Positions 18,410 to 28,443 of a DNA stretch of 64,000 nt are shown here, in pieces. The stretch is taken from positions 53,009-117,008 of the forward strand of contig CAZWVU010000001.1 of assembly GCA_964637575.1 (NCBI GenBank). The letters are read 5' to 3'. Every line of letters starts with the position of its first letter. Positions within the stretch are counted from its first letter, which is position 1. The position numbers and the translations under genes are program-made. The notes beneath the pieces are model-generated. The model did no database searches, was not told the DNA's origin, and saw only the letters and a program-made list of their open reading frames with translations. The stretch comes from an uncultured Candidatus Saccharibacteria bacterium. GTDB taxonomy: Bacteria > Patescibacteriota > Minisyncoccia > UBA6257 > WO2-44-18.

Positions 18410-19210
18410 CTATTTCTTCTTGGCAATAAAATAAAATCCGGCGGTGATCGTTTCCGCGGACCCGTACCGAGCAAACACGTAATCAAGCAGCTTGAGCGGC
18501 GAAGTAATAATCACCATCAGAATCCAGATCAGGTCTTTCAGGATTTTAATGTTGAAGGAAAGTGCCAGCGCCACCCACTCCTGCATCACCGACAGAAAGG
18601 CGCAGGTCGGGCCGACGTCCGGTTTCAGCTCCAGAATTTCAAACGCGGAGAATAATTCCCGGAGACCGTCGGCCGTCCACCGGTAATAGTCTTTGGGCGA
18701 AGGGTGGTACGGAGTGATGAAGTTGGTGGAAAGATAGAGATGGCCGCCGGGCTTCAGCACGCGGCGCATTTCTTCCGCCACCCGCACGGGATCCTTCATA
18801 TGCTCGAGCACCCAGGCAAACACAATCCCGTCCACCGAATTATCGGCGAAGGGCAGGTCATGGGCGTCCGCCAGAATATCCACGTAGTGCCACGGATGGA
18901 TGTCGACATTCACGATGTCCGGATGAATCCGCCGGTTGCCCGATCCGACTTCCACCACCAGCCCTCCCTTGGGAGCGTAATGAAAAATCGATTTGGGCGG
19001 TTTCCCCAGGAAGAGCGCGGGTGCGACGAAATAAAAAATAAATGAATACAGCCAGGGAATTTTTTTGAGGGCGGTTTTCAGCCGGTTAATGAAACCGGTG
19101 TGGAGATCGCCCCGCATTTCCTCGAATCCGGAATCGGAAATAAAGAGGGGCTTGCCGTCCACCAGCCGTTCCGGATTTTTTTTAAAACGGACCGCGTCAA
19201 GTCTGTTCAT
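18410..19210 (-). CDS. Class I SAM-dependent methyltransferase (type 11)
   Basis: 266 aa; VVEVGSGNRRIHPDIVNVDI motif I, DLPFADNSVDGIVFAWVLEHMKDP motif II/III. Confidence 0.65.
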   Translation of the reverse strand: MNRLDAVRFKKNPERLVDGKPLFISDSGFEEMRGDLHTGFINRLKTALKKIPWLYSFIFYFVAPALFLGKPPKSIFHYAPKGGLVVEVGSGNRRIHPDIVNVDIHPWHYVDILADAHDLPFADNSVDGIVFAWVLEHMKDPVRVAEEMRRVLKPGGHLYLSTNFITPYHPSPKDYYRWTADGLRELFSAFEILELKPDVGPTCAFLSVMQEWVALALSFNIKILKDLIWILMVIITSPLKLLDYVFARYGSAETITAGFYFIAKKK

Positions 19211-21045
19211 TTTTTAATTCTGTAAATTTCCACGGACGGATTTTTGTACACTAATTCTAGGTTCGGATTGTTCCCGAAGTCAACCTGGCTGAATGAACGC
19301 TCCAGCGGGCCCACGTAGACATAGTCAGCCGCAAGATCACTCCAGCGGACATCGGTCTGGCGGTAGCGCGCGAGGAGCTCCTGGATTTTTTCTTCGGGAA
19401 TCGTGGTGATGCCCAGTTTGTAGTAATAGTAGAGCTGATAGAGATGGAGCCGGTCATCCGCCAGATTGCTCGTCGCGTAGACTTTGTCGCAATCCTGGCT
19501 GCAGGGCAGCCCCTTCCCGCCTCGCAATCGCAATTCCAAAATTTTTTCCGAAACGCCGAATATCTTATTGGTTTCCAGATAGCGTTTTTCTATTTCAAAA
19601 TTGGATAACGGCGACAGGCCTCCGATCGGCATCGTCGGCCGCGCGGAACTGAAGGCCATTTCATATACGCCGGTGATGAATGAAGGCGAGACAACCCGGG
19701 GCTCTTTCAGATTGGCGTCCATCCACTGCCAGCTTGCCAGCAGATTTTCCGGCAAACGGTATTCGGAAAGAATCTGCGGGGATGGATGGATAAACCCGGC
19801 GGCGTTTACCAGTTTTTTACCGACCAGAAGCGCGATCATGAGGATCAGTCCGGCAGTAATGAATTTTTTAAGCGCCGGTTTTTTCGCGGCGGCCATTCCC
19901 GCAAGTTCGTACACCAGATCGAACGCCGCCACAAACAGCGGCATATCGATGACGCGCGGCCAGTGATCCGAATGGGGAACAAAGCCCAGCACCACCTGAA
20001 CGTTCCAGACCACCACTGCCGCCGCAAGCAACGACCAGTAGAATACCGCCTTGGATTTCTTTTCCTGAACCCGCCAGAACACGAAATAAATGAGCACCGC
20101 GGCGGCGAGATATAAAAGATAATACGGCCAGGCCGCCCAGCGGAACTGCGACCCCACCTCCAGGCCAAGCCGGTTGATATAGTCTTTGTATCCGAGCTGG
20201 CCGTTGAGCTTCACCTGGCCGAGGAAGTAGGGAATGCTCACGAGCAACACTGTCCCCATCAGCAGGATGAAATTTTTTATCAACGGACGGTTGCCGCGGA
20301 AAAACGCCAGGGCGCCCACAAACATGAAACCGCCGACTGTCACCCAGTAACTCCAGATGTGGAAATACGTGTAGAAAAGCAGGCCGGAAACAAGGCCGGC
20401 AATAATCGCCGTTGAAGGTTTCGGACGCTTCCAGAATATCAGCACCGTCGCGATTGCCGGCAGATACACCAGGCTGGTCAGAAGCGGATAATCCACCCGG
20501 GCAAAAAACAAAAGTGGCAGAAACGTTTTCACCCCGGGGTAGAAATTATTGAGGACAATCGCGGCAAACCGGTCGGGACTGAAGAACGCCTGCGAAAGCA
20601 CGAGCGCCATCGGCGTCAGCGTCCCGACAAACGCCAGGAACAGCGACCAGAGGCGGTTCCGGTCAAATATCAGCCACCCGATCCAGAAAAACAGCAGAAA
20701 GATCCCCGCGGAAAAAACCGCGAGCGCGGCCAGATACGCCGGCGTAATCTGATGAAATAAAAAGACAAAGAGAGAAAGAAGGAGTGGCGGAATTGGCGGA
20801 TAGATATTGGCAAGCGTGTGATCGAAAAACAGATCGGCCGGCGGAAAATGGCCGTCATAAATTTCCCGGGAAAACTGGAAATACGCATCGCCGCCATCAT
20901 CCAGAGTATTAAATTGCGACAATACAAATGTCCGGCCCGAACCGTCGACTGCGCGCTTGATAAGAAGCTGGGGGGCGAGATAAAGGCTGCCCACCAGCAG
21001 GGCGGAGCACGCCACGATGATCCAAAAATACCGGGAACGGCTCAT
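19207..21045 (-). CDS. Polytopic membrane protein, GT-C-like glycosyltransferase candidate (ArnT/PMT-like) with C-terminal soluble domain
   Basis: 612 aa; about 12 hydrophobic segments over 420 aa, then a roughly 180-aa hydrophilic C-terminus. Translationally coupled to the GT2 gene. Confidence 0.4.
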   Translation of the reverse strand: MSRSRYFWIIVACSALLVGSLYLAPQLLIKRAVDGSGRTFVLSQFNTLDDGGDAYFQFSREIYDGHFPPADLFFDHTLANIYPPIPPLLLSLFVFLFHQITPAYLAALAVFSAGIFLLFFWIGWLIFDRNRLWSLFLAFVGTLTPMALVLSQAFFSPDRFAAIVLNNFYPGVKTFLPLLFFARVDYPLLTSLVYLPAIATVLIFWKRPKPSTAIIAGLVSGLLFYTYFHIWSYWVTVGGFMFVGALAFFRGNRPLIKNFILLMGTVLLVSIPYFLGQVKLNGQLGYKDYINRLGLEVGSQFRWAAWPYYLLYLAAAVLIYFVFWRVQEKKSKAVFYWSLLAAAVVVWNVQVVLGFVPHSDHWPRVIDMPLFVAAFDLVYELAGMAAAKKPALKKFITAGLILMIALLVGKKLVNAAGFIHPSPQILSEYRLPENLLASWQWMDANLKEPRVVSPSFITGVYEMAFSSARPTMPIGGLSPLSNFEIEKRYLETNKIFGVSEKILELRLRGGKGLPCSQDCDKVYATSNLADDRLHLYQLYYYYKLGITTIPEEKIQELLARYRQTDVRWSDLAADYVYVGPLERSFSQVDFGNNPNLELVYKNPSVEIYRIKK

Positions 21046-21935
21046 TGTCTGATAATTTCTTTAATCTGATAGGGACGGAGATCGCGGGAGTCGTAATAAT
21101 TTCTCCATAAAAGTTCGGCGATGATTCCCAGCAAAGGGAACAGGGAAATCAGAATCAGGAAAATCCCGATCAGCACCGGCAGGATCATATTCAACCACAC
21201 TGCGAGCGCCAGAGAAGCCGCCGCCAGGGCCGCCACTCCCAATCCCAGTGCGCTGAAAAAAAGCATCGGCCGGGTGCGCGGCGCCAGAACCCGCACCATC
21301 AGCAAATCAGCGATCGCTTTGACGCCGGCGAGAAGATGATGTTTGGAAAGTCCCGATTTCCGTTCGTGGTGGGTTACTTCCACTTCGGTAATCCGGGCGC
21401 CGCGGAGAAACAGCTGGGCCGCCAGAAATACATGCTGAACTCCGGCAAGGTGTATCCCGTCCAGCCAGGATTTCCGGTAGACCTTCAGGGCGCAGGCATG
21501 GTCGTGCAGGTTCAATCCGCTGATTTTTCTTGTCAGCCAGTTGGCCATCCGCGAATGGAAACGCCGGCCGAAACTGTCGTGCCGGTCCCGGCGCCATCCG
21601 GCCACCACGTCATATCCCTCGCGCGCTTTCGCCATCATCGCGGGAATGTCGCGCGGATCGTTCTGGAGATCGCCGTCCATAATCACCACCCACTCTCCCT
21701 TGGCCGCCTTGATGCCGGCATCGAGTGCCAGTGTCTGACCGAAATTCTTCGGCAGGACGACAATGGTAACCGGGTGAAGCGTCTTCAAAATTTCCAGCGT
21801 GGCGTCGGTGGAACCGTTATCCACGACAATAATTTCGTACGGCTCCCCCATCGCGTCCAGGGTTTCCTTATTCAGGCGGTGCAATTCCTTCACATTGCCC
21901 TCTTCGTTATAGGTGGGAAAAATTACAGAAATCAT
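21042..21935 (-). CDS. GT2 polyprenyl-phosphate glycosyltransferase (DPM1/ArnC/GtrB-like) with C-terminal TM helices
   Basis: 297 aa; MISVIFPTYNEEGNV...IIVVDNGSTDAT...VVIMDGDLQNDP (DxD), two C-terminal TM segments. Confidence 0.7.
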   Translation of the reverse strand: MISVIFPTYNEEGNVKELHRLNKETLDAMGEPYEIIVVDNGSTDATLEILKTLHPVTIVVLPKNFGQTLALDAGIKAAKGEWVVIMDGDLQNDPRDIPAMMAKAREGYDVVAGWRRDRHDSFGRRFHSRMANWLTRKISGLNLHDHACALKVYRKSWLDGIHLAGVQHVFLAAQLFLRGARITEVEVTHHERKSGLSKHHLLAGVKAIADLLMVRVLAPRTRPMLFFSALGLGVAALAAASLALAVWLNMILPVLIGIFLILISLFPLLGIIAELLWRNYYDSRDLRPYQIKEIIRQ

Positions 21936-21939
21936 TTTC

Positions 21940-23253
21940 TTATTTTACTATGGTATCCAGAAAATCGACATGCCGCTTATACGACATACCATCTTTCACC
22001 GGCATGAAGACGCTGCTCAATGCCGCCCGCTTATCGGCGTCGATTGCCGGATTTTTCAGGTACATGGCGATATAATCGAGACATTCAGCTTCGGTATAGG
22101 CCATGCGGACCGCCCCCGAACGGACAATCGGCTGGTAATGTTCGTAGGTGTAGTGCTTCAGGGTCGGCTGATCCGGCCAGGCAATGTTAATAACCGGCCT
22201 GTCCAGAACGACCCCGTCGATGGAAAGAGTTGAGGTGTAATTCACGTTTACATCCGAGTACAGAAAAGACGCCTTGAGATTAAGAAGGTCGGCTTCCGGA
22301 TTCTTCGGCGCGAATTCCTCCACATGCAGATCCGGCTCCTGCAGAAATTCCCGATATCGTTCGATTGAATCTTTGTAGTGCAGGCGGACGAAAAGATTCA
22401 CATACTCGATGCGCTTTTCCTTTCGTGCCCGCAGCAGCAGGCGGAGCACTTCATCGTGATGAGGATAGACGCCGTGCGAGGTGGTGCTGAAAAAAATCGT
22501 CTTGTATTTCGGATTCAATCCTTTGCTCTTCAAAAATGCGTCGCGGGAAATAAAGTCGGGATACTTCCGGAAATAAGGATCAAGGCGCATCATACCGGAC
22601 ACGAAAATCCGCTCCGCGGGATGCTGGTACAACCGCACCAATTCATCCTGAATAATGCCGTTCCAGACGATGAAATAATCCGGCCGGCGGAACACCTTGG
22701 TCTTGGTGGTCAGATTGTCCCAACTGGCATCAATTGCCGCCGTCGGTATCCCCGCTTTTCGGCCGAACGCGATCGCTTCGGCATCGAGGTTGCTGATGCC
22801 GGGCGTCGCGGTGAGGATCGCCGCGGGCTGGTACTCCTCAGCGTAGCGCCGGAATGCCGCGTATGATGCGCGGGGCAACAGAAGACGTTCAAGAAAAAAA
22901 ATAGCGTCCACTGAAGTAAGGGGGCCGGCCCAGGCGGCAAGTTTCATGATAATTTTTCGGGGAAGCGTGGTGGCGGCTTTTTCCTTTTTAAACCGCTGGA
23001 CGCGCAGCCTATCGAATTGTCTCACCAGAAGCGCCCTCACCCGCTTGGCCATATCCCAAAAACGCGCGTTTTGCACGCGCCAGGGAATATAGATGATTCG
23101 CGGCGACTTCAGGAATCCTTTGTCGGATTCAAGAAGCTCGCTTCGCACAAAGGCGACGACGCGATACCGATCGCTGAGATACTTCGCGTAATCGCCCCGC
23201 AGAAGATCCAGCGCATAAATTTCCTTGGATAAAAATAAAAATACGGTTTTCAT
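21940..23253 (-). CDS. Unassigned GT-B-like paralog family member (437 aa, SWDNLT motif)
   Basis: GIPTAAIDASWDNLTTKTKVF, collinear with the 7591 and 33077 proteins. Confidence 0.5.
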   Translation of the reverse strand: MKTVFLFLSKEIYALDLLRGDYAKYLSDRYRVVAFVRSELLESDKGFLKSPRIIYIPWRVQNARFWDMAKRVRALLVRQFDRLRVQRFKKEKAATTLPRKIIMKLAAWAGPLTSVDAIFFLERLLLPRASYAAFRRYAEEYQPAAILTATPGISNLDAEAIAFGRKAGIPTAAIDASWDNLTTKTKVFRRPDYFIVWNGIIQDELVRLYQHPAERIFVSGMMRLDPYFRKYPDFISRDAFLKSKGLNPKYKTIFFSTTSHGVYPHHDEVLRLLLRARKEKRIEYVNLFVRLHYKDSIERYREFLQEPDLHVEEFAPKNPEADLLNLKASFLYSDVNVNYTSTLSIDGVVLDRPVINIAWPDQPTLKHYTYEHYQPIVRSGAVRMAYTEAECLDYIAMYLKNPAIDADKRAALSSVFMPVKDGMSYKRHVDFLDTIVK

Positions 23254-24065
23254 TATGGACGTTCCAAAATCGGAAATTTCTTCAGACGCTCCTCTTTATG
23301 CGCAAGAAATTCAGCAATCATGCCACTCTTGAACCGTTCCTGCATCCGCAAGATGGATTCCGGCGTAAGGTCTTTTGACCGGCAGAGTTTTCCCGGCACG
23401 GAGCGGTCCTGCGCTTCCGGCGCGATCCGGCCCTGATCGTAGAGGATCAGGCAGCGCCTGAGAAGCTCTGCCCCCGCCATCACCGTCTTGCAGTTAATAT
23501 CGTAGACAGTATCCGATTTCTTCATTTCCGGACGGACCTGGCCGAGCACGGCCCCCGCATCCACTTTCAGGATCGCCAGATGCACGGTCACGCCGACGCA
23601 TTCCGGCTCCCCGTTCACCAGCGGCCAGAAATTAGTGCCCGCGCCGCGGTAGTAAGGAGAAAGCCCGAGATGCATATTGATAATCCTGTTTTCAAAGGCC
23701 GTGAGCAGGGGGTCTTTAATAATGCTTGAACCGAATAAGAGAATGTACTTCGGCTTACGGGCAGTCACCCATTCATACACCTGTTGATCATTGGCGCCAC
23801 CCCAGGGAACTTCAAGGATATCTTCTTTCGCGATTCCATAATCCTTATACGCACCAAAATACGCCGATTCGGCTTCGGCCCGGTTTTTGTCATGCGCTTC
23901 AACTACGGCATTGGCGCCTGAATTCGGATCCTGAAACAGCGGTTTTTTCTTTTCCGTTACCACGCCCGCCACGCGGAAGGTTTCCCCAAGCTTCGTCACC
24001 ACATACCGATGGCGCGGGGCGTTGCCGGTAAATATAAGAACGGGTATTTTTTCCATGATGATCAT
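23253..24065 (-). CDS. Formyltransferase (N10-formyl-THF dependent, Fmt/PurN/ArnA-N fold), sugar N-formyltransferase candidate
   Basis: 270 aa; catalytic motif INMHLGLSPYYRGAGTNFWPLVNGE (N..H...LP..RG) and downstream KVDAGAVL Asp. Confidence 0.65.
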   Translation of the reverse strand: MIIMEKIPVLIFTGNAPRHRYVVTKLGETFRVAGVVTEKKKPLFQDPNSGANAVVEAHDKNRAEAESAYFGAYKDYGIAKEDILEVPWGGANDQQVYEWVTARKPKYILLFGSSIIKDPLLTAFENRIINMHLGLSPYYRGAGTNFWPLVNGEPECVGVTVHLAILKVDAGAVLGQVRPEMKKSDTVYDINCKTVMAGAELLRRCLILYDQGRIAPEAQDRSVPGKLCRSKDLTPESILRMQERFKSGMIAEFLAHKEERLKKFPILERP

Positions 24066-24793
24066 TATTTTTCCCGGAGTACGTAGACAACATTATAGCC
24101 GACCAGTTCCTTCGCGTTCTTTATATGCCTGAAAAGCGGCCAGCCGAGCAGGAGAAGTTTTTCCACCCAGGTCGCGCTCCGGAAAAATGCCGCGTCCCGA
24201 CGGAGAAAGTAATCCTTCCCGGCCAGGTCGAAATATTTAAGAAATGACTTTTCAAATACTCCTTTCGGAAACGCGCTGATGTGATTGTTTTTCGATTTAT
24301 AGCGCGGAAGATCCCCGTGGCGGAAGAATGTCCAACGGTGCTTGAAGGAAAAGATATTGGGCATGGAAACAAAAAAGAGGCCGCCCGGCTTTAGCACCCG
24401 CCTCACTTCGCGGAGAAGATTGTGGGGATTTTCCAGGTGCGGGAGAAGGCACCAGGCCGCCGCCGCGTCGAATGAAGCGTCCGGCCAGGGCAGTGGCTGG
24501 AGACTCAGATCGGCTGTTTTGAAATCATGAATTGCCTCTCTGCCGGCCGGTTGCCGGAAATCACCGATATCGGTGGCGGAAATACGGCCGAAACCCGCCG
24601 TTTTCAGCTGTTCCGCAAAGACGCCCCCCGCGGTGGCGAGATCCAGAACAGCCAGCCCCGACCGGTCGCCCGGATAGTAGTGCTCCACAAGGTCAATCGC
24701 GAACCGGGACTTCACCAGCCGGCCGGCCGAATAATCGGCCATCGCCTGATCGTACCGATCCGACTTCATCTCCTCTTTCGTAAGATATTTCAT
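24065..24793 (-). CDS. SAM-dependent methyltransferase (paralog group A)
   Basis: 242 aa; LDLATAGGVF motif I, FKTADLSLQPLPWPDASFDAAAAWCLLPHLENPHNLLREVRRVLKPGG shared with the 29505 and 32363 proteins. Confidence 0.6.
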   Translation of the reverse strand: MKYLTKEEMKSDRYDQAMADYSAGRLVKSRFAIDLVEHYYPGDRSGLAVLDLATAGGVFAEQLKTAGFGRISATDIGDFRQPAGREAIHDFKTADLSLQPLPWPDASFDAAAAWCLLPHLENPHNLLREVRRVLKPGGLFFVSMPNIFSFKHRWTFFRHGDLPRYKSKNNHISAFPKGVFEKSFLKYFDLAGKDYFLRRDAAFFRSATWVEKLLLLGWPLFRHIKNAKELVGYNVVYVLREK

Positions 24794-25503
24794 TTCTTCA
24801 TCTTAAGAAGGCAGCGGGCCAGCTCCAGGTCAAATACATCATTGATATCATGGGCGCTTGGCGAATCAACCGCAAAGCCCACCCGCTTTCCCGGCTCCAT
24901 CTTTTTTTCTTTCATAAAAGACTCGCGGCTAAACCAATAAATGCCCCCGAAGGCGTAACGCTTCGGATCGGACTGCCGCGTCGGATGGCTGTAGTGTTCC
25001 GCCGGATTATCATATTCCAGATATCCTTCGGATGTGACGTGCCGGACATGGTAGGGATGGAATATTCTCGGCACCTCCACCGTAGAAATGCCGGAGTCGG
25101 CTCCTTTTTCGCGCATAAGATCGAACACGGCGCGGATATGTTCAGGTTTTACAAAGGCGGAGGTAGGCTGGACTACTAATATATAGTCCGGGAGAAATGC
25201 CTCTTTCTCCTCAAGCCAGCGGACGGCATGATCGATGACCGGGGCGGTGGGCGTGGTATCCTGCGCCAGTTCAGCCGGACGGAGAAAGGGTGTTTCGGCG
25301 CCGTGCTTTCTCGCGGCTTCGGCAATGTCGGAATTGTCCGTGCTGACAAATATCCGGTCCACCAGGCCGCTTTTCCGGATCGCTTCGATGGAATAGGCGA
25401 TCAGAGGCCGGCCCTCAAGATCGATAATGTTTTTCCTTGGAATAGACTTGGAATTGCCCCGTGCGGGCACGATCGCTACGTTGTGAAGCTTGCGGGACAG
25501 CAT
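24790..25503 (-). CDS. CMP-sugar synthetase (acylneuraminate cytidylyltransferase family, NeuA/PseF/LegF-like)
   Basis: 237 aa; AIVPARGNSKSIPRKNI...LIAYSIEA...VSTDN CTP_transf_3 signature. Confidence 0.7.
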   Translation of the reverse strand: MLSRKLHNVAIVPARGNSKSIPRKNIIDLEGRPLIAYSIEAIRKSGLVDRIFVSTDNSDIAEAARKHGAETPFLRPAELAQDTTPTAPVIDHAVRWLEEKEAFLPDYILVVQPTSAFVKPEHIRAVFDLMREKGADSGISTVEVPRIFHPYHVRHVTSEGYLEYDNPAEHYSHPTRQSDPKRYAFGGIYWFSRESFMKEKKMEPGKRVGFAVDSPSAHDINDVFDLELARCLLKMKK

Positions 25504-25518
25504 AAAGTTACTACCATG

Positions 25519-26469
25519 CTATCGCGGATTGGAAGGATAGGCAATCTGATTAAGATAATCGCGCAGATGGTTCGTATCGTAACGCGGAATCATAAACGGA
25601 TCGTCTTCCACCCTGGCCGCCCGCGGTTCAATGGTTACCCCGTAATGGAACCCGGCGGCCTTCAGCAAGGGGAACATCTCGGGACGATAATGGCCGTGCG
25701 GATAGGAAAACACCTCCACAGGCCGGCCGACTATCCCGGCCAAATTTTTCTGCGAAAGCTCAAATTCCCGGCGCAAGGCGGCTTCGTCCAGGCCGCGAAG
25801 CGAATGGTGGGAGTGGGAGTGGCTGCCAATGGCCATTCCCCGGTCGGCCAGTTCCCGGATCTGTTCCCGGGTCAGAAAAAGCTGTGCCGCAATCTCTTTT
25901 TCATTTTGAAAATGACCGCGGAACGTGTCCGCGAGAAATTCCTCCCGGACACTGTTCGGTAAAAGCGCTATTACTTCCTTAAAATTCGCGGTCAGCGTCG
26001 TTTCGTACACCCGGGTCACGCTCATTTTCCGGTCGCGGGAAATCGGATACTTCCCGGCAAGGTCGGGGTGCCGGTCTTTTAAAAATTGTTCCAAAAGGCT
26101 CACGAGCTTCTCCGAAGGAATATTGGAAAGGAGAAAGTGGATTTTATGGGTCGCCGGCAGGACGCCCTCCAGCGTGGAACTTACCGGGAAAAACGTGGCG
26201 GTGGCGCGGTGGCGCATGAGCGCCGGCAGGGCGTACTGATAGTTATCCGCCAAACCGTCATCAAACGTAAGGGCGGAAAATACTCCCGCACGTTTCCCGC
26301 GCGCCGCTTCCAAAACTTCCGGAACCGAAACGATCCGCGAATGCTCCGACAAAAACCGCACCTGCCGTTCGAACTCGGCCACCGGGCAGGGATGAATTCC
26401 GGAATGGTCCGGACGCGGATCCTCCACGTAATGATAATTTACGACCAAATAACTGCCTAGGCTTTCCAT
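25519..26469 (-). CDS. Polysaccharide deacetylase (NodB-type carbohydrate esterase 4)
   Basis: 316 aa; TFDDG motif and downstream His-rich motifs (HSHSHH). Confidence 0.6.
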   Translation of the reverse strand: MESLGSYLVVNYHYVEDPRPDHSGIHPCPVAEFERQVRFLSEHSRIVSVPEVLEAARGKRAGVFSALTFDDGLADNYQYALPALMRHRATATFFPVSSTLEGVLPATHKIHFLLSNIPSEKLVSLLEQFLKDRHPDLAGKYPISRDRKMSVTRVYETTLTANFKEVIALLPNSVREEFLADTFRGHFQNEKEIAAQLFLTREQIRELADRGMAIGSHSHSHHSLRGLDEAALRREFELSQKNLAGIVGRPVEVFSYPHGHYRPEMFPLLKAAGFHYGVTIEPRAARVEDDPFMIPRYDTNHLRDYLNQIAYPSNPR

Positions 26470-27419
26470 ATTTTTTTCATCTCCGCAACCACTAATTCGC
26501 TGATATACGCCTGGGTTCGCCCGGTCGCTTCCCGCGTGGCGCCTCCGAGATGCGGGACAATGAGAAGATTCTGATGCTGCCTGGCGTACCGCACCAGAGG
26601 ATTGTTTTTCAGATGACTACCATCCGGCATCTCGCCCGCAAGCGTGTCCACCGCGGCGCCGGCAATCCATTTTTGCCGGAGTGCTTTGAGAAGCGCCCGC
26701 TCGTCGGTAATTTCACCCCGGGCCGTATTGATGAATACCGCCTCCGGCTTCATGAGCCGGAAATGTTGCTCCTGAATAAGCCGGTAGGTGCGGTCATTAT
26801 ATATAGTATGCAGGGAAACAATATCCGCCGTCCGCAGAAGCTGGCCAACGCTGACTTTACGCGCCCCGAATTTCTTCATCACGGCGGCGGAAACATATGG
26901 ATCGCAGGCGGTTACCGACATGCCGAATGCCCGACTGTAACCGGCGACCATTTTCCCCAAACGGCCAAAACCGATCAGGCCGATCGTTTTGCCGGCCAGC
27001 TCGCGTCCGCCGTATTTTTTCCTTTCCCACTCTCCCTTCTGAATCGACGAAAAGGCCCAAGGAATATTCCGGAGCAGGGCCAGCAATAACGCCATTGTTT
27101 CTTCGGCGGTGGATGGGGTATTCCGCAATACGGGAGAGTCCGCTTTGATATTCACCACAGCAATGCCCCGGCGGCGGCATTCGTCGAGGTCGAGATACCG
27201 CAGCTGGGTGGTCCGGCTGCCGATTACTTTCAGTTTCTTTGCCTTTTTCAAAAGCGCCGCATTGAATTTTATATCCAGCGCGGTGACCACCACACCGGCA
27301 GCCGGCAGGTGTTTCAAAAAATTCTTCCGGGAAGAAAAGTCCACGACCCTCCCCGCGGCGGATAGGATTTTTTTCGCATGCGCGTCGAATCCTTCTTCGG
27401 CAATAAGAATTGTAGGCAT
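26457..27419 (-). CDS. D-isomer-specific 2-hydroxyacid dehydrogenase (PGDH-like)
   Basis: 320 aa; GLIGFGRLGKMVAGYSRAFGMSV NAD motif, catalytic R/E/H region. Confidence 0.65.
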   Translation of the reverse strand: MPTILIAEEGFDAHAKKILSAAGRVVDFSSRKNFLKHLPAAGVVVTALDIKFNAALLKKAKKLKVIGSRTTQLRYLDLDECRRRGIAVVNIKADSPVLRNTPSTAEETMALLLALLRNIPWAFSSIQKGEWERKKYGGRELAGKTIGLIGFGRLGKMVAGYSRAFGMSVTACDPYVSAAVMKKFGARKVSVGQLLRTADIVSLHTIYNDRTYRLIQEQHFRLMKPEAVFINTARGEITDERALLKALRQKWIAGAAVDTLAGEMPDGSHLKNNPLVRYARQHQNLLIVPHLGGATREATGRTQAYISELVVAEMKKIWKA

Positions 27420-27477
27420 CTGGTTATGAGATTAACAAAGGTTGCCCGAACGCGCCAGTTATTTTATAATAAAGGCG

Positions 27478-28443
27478 ATGTTGAGCACCAAAACCATTCT
27501 TGTGACCGGCTGCGCGGGATTTATCGGATCGAATTTCGTTAAAAAATTCAGGCAGGATGTCCCGGCTATTACCGTAGTTGGAATCGACAATTTTTCCACG
27601 GGAAGAAGGGACGCGCTCGATAAAGGAATAGTTTTTTATGAAGGCTCGCTGCTGGACGCGCCGCTGCTGGAAAAAATATTTTCCTCACATGCGCCGGAAT
27701 ACGTGTTTCACTTCGCCGCCGTTCCCCGGGTATCCTATTCGGTGGAACATCCGCGCGACACCACCGAAAACAATATCACCGGCACCGTGGCGCTGCTGGA
27801 AGCCGCGAAAAATCACGGCGTGAAACGCGTAATCTATTCCGCCTCGTCTTCCGTCTATGGAGGAGCGGCGAAGCTGCCGACCAAGGAGTCAGAAAATGCG
27901 CCTGACCCGAAATCTCCCTACGGCCTGCAGAAATATGTCGGCGAAGTGTTTTGCAAAATATTCAGCGATCTTTATGGAATGGATACGGTTTCGCTCCGTT
28001 ATTTCAATGTGTTCGGGCCGGGACAATATGGCGACTCGCCATATGCGAGCGTTATTTCCGGCTGGCTGGACGGTCTTTTCTTTCCAAACGCCGGCCGGAA
28101 ACCTTTTCTGGAAGGCGACGGCGAACAATCCCGGGATTTTTGCTACATCGACAACGTGATCCAGGCGAACCTTTTGGCGATGCGGCATCCGCAACCGCTG
28201 AAAGGCCAGAGTTTTAATATCGCGTATGGCGGAAGAACCAGCGTCAACGAAGTGCGCCGGATGATTGAAGCGATGACCGGCAAAAGCCTGTCCCTTGAAG
28301 GGCGGCCGCCCCGGCCGGGCGACGTCAAACATTCTTATGCCGACATTTCCCGCGCCCGCGAAACACTCGGATACGATCCCCAAGTAAATTTCGAAGAAGG
28401 CCTGCGGCGCACCGTCGCCTGGTATCAGTCCCGAACGTCGTAA
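27478..28443 (+). CDS. NAD-dependent UDP-sugar 4-epimerase (GalE/WbpP-like)
   Basis: Start chosen at MLSTKTILVTGCAGFIGSNF (27478; the ORF track starts at 27442). YxxxK (YGLQKY) and SSSVYG present. Confidence 0.7.
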   Translation: MLSTKTILVTGCAGFIGSNFVKKFRQDVPAITVVGIDNFSTGRRDALDKGIVFYEGSLLDAPLLEKIFSSHAPEYVFHFAAVPRVSYSVEHPRDTTENNITGTVALLEAAKNHGVKRVIYSASSSVYGGAAKLPTKESENAPDPKSPYGLQKYVGEVFCKIFSDLYGMDTVSLRYFNVFGPGQYGDSPYASVISGWLDGLFFPNAGRKPFLEGDGEQSRDFCYIDNVIQANLLAMRHPQPLKGQSFNIAYGGRTSVNEVRRMIEAMTGKSLSLEGRPPRPGDVKHSYADISRARETLGYDPQVNFEEGLRRTVAWYQSRTS

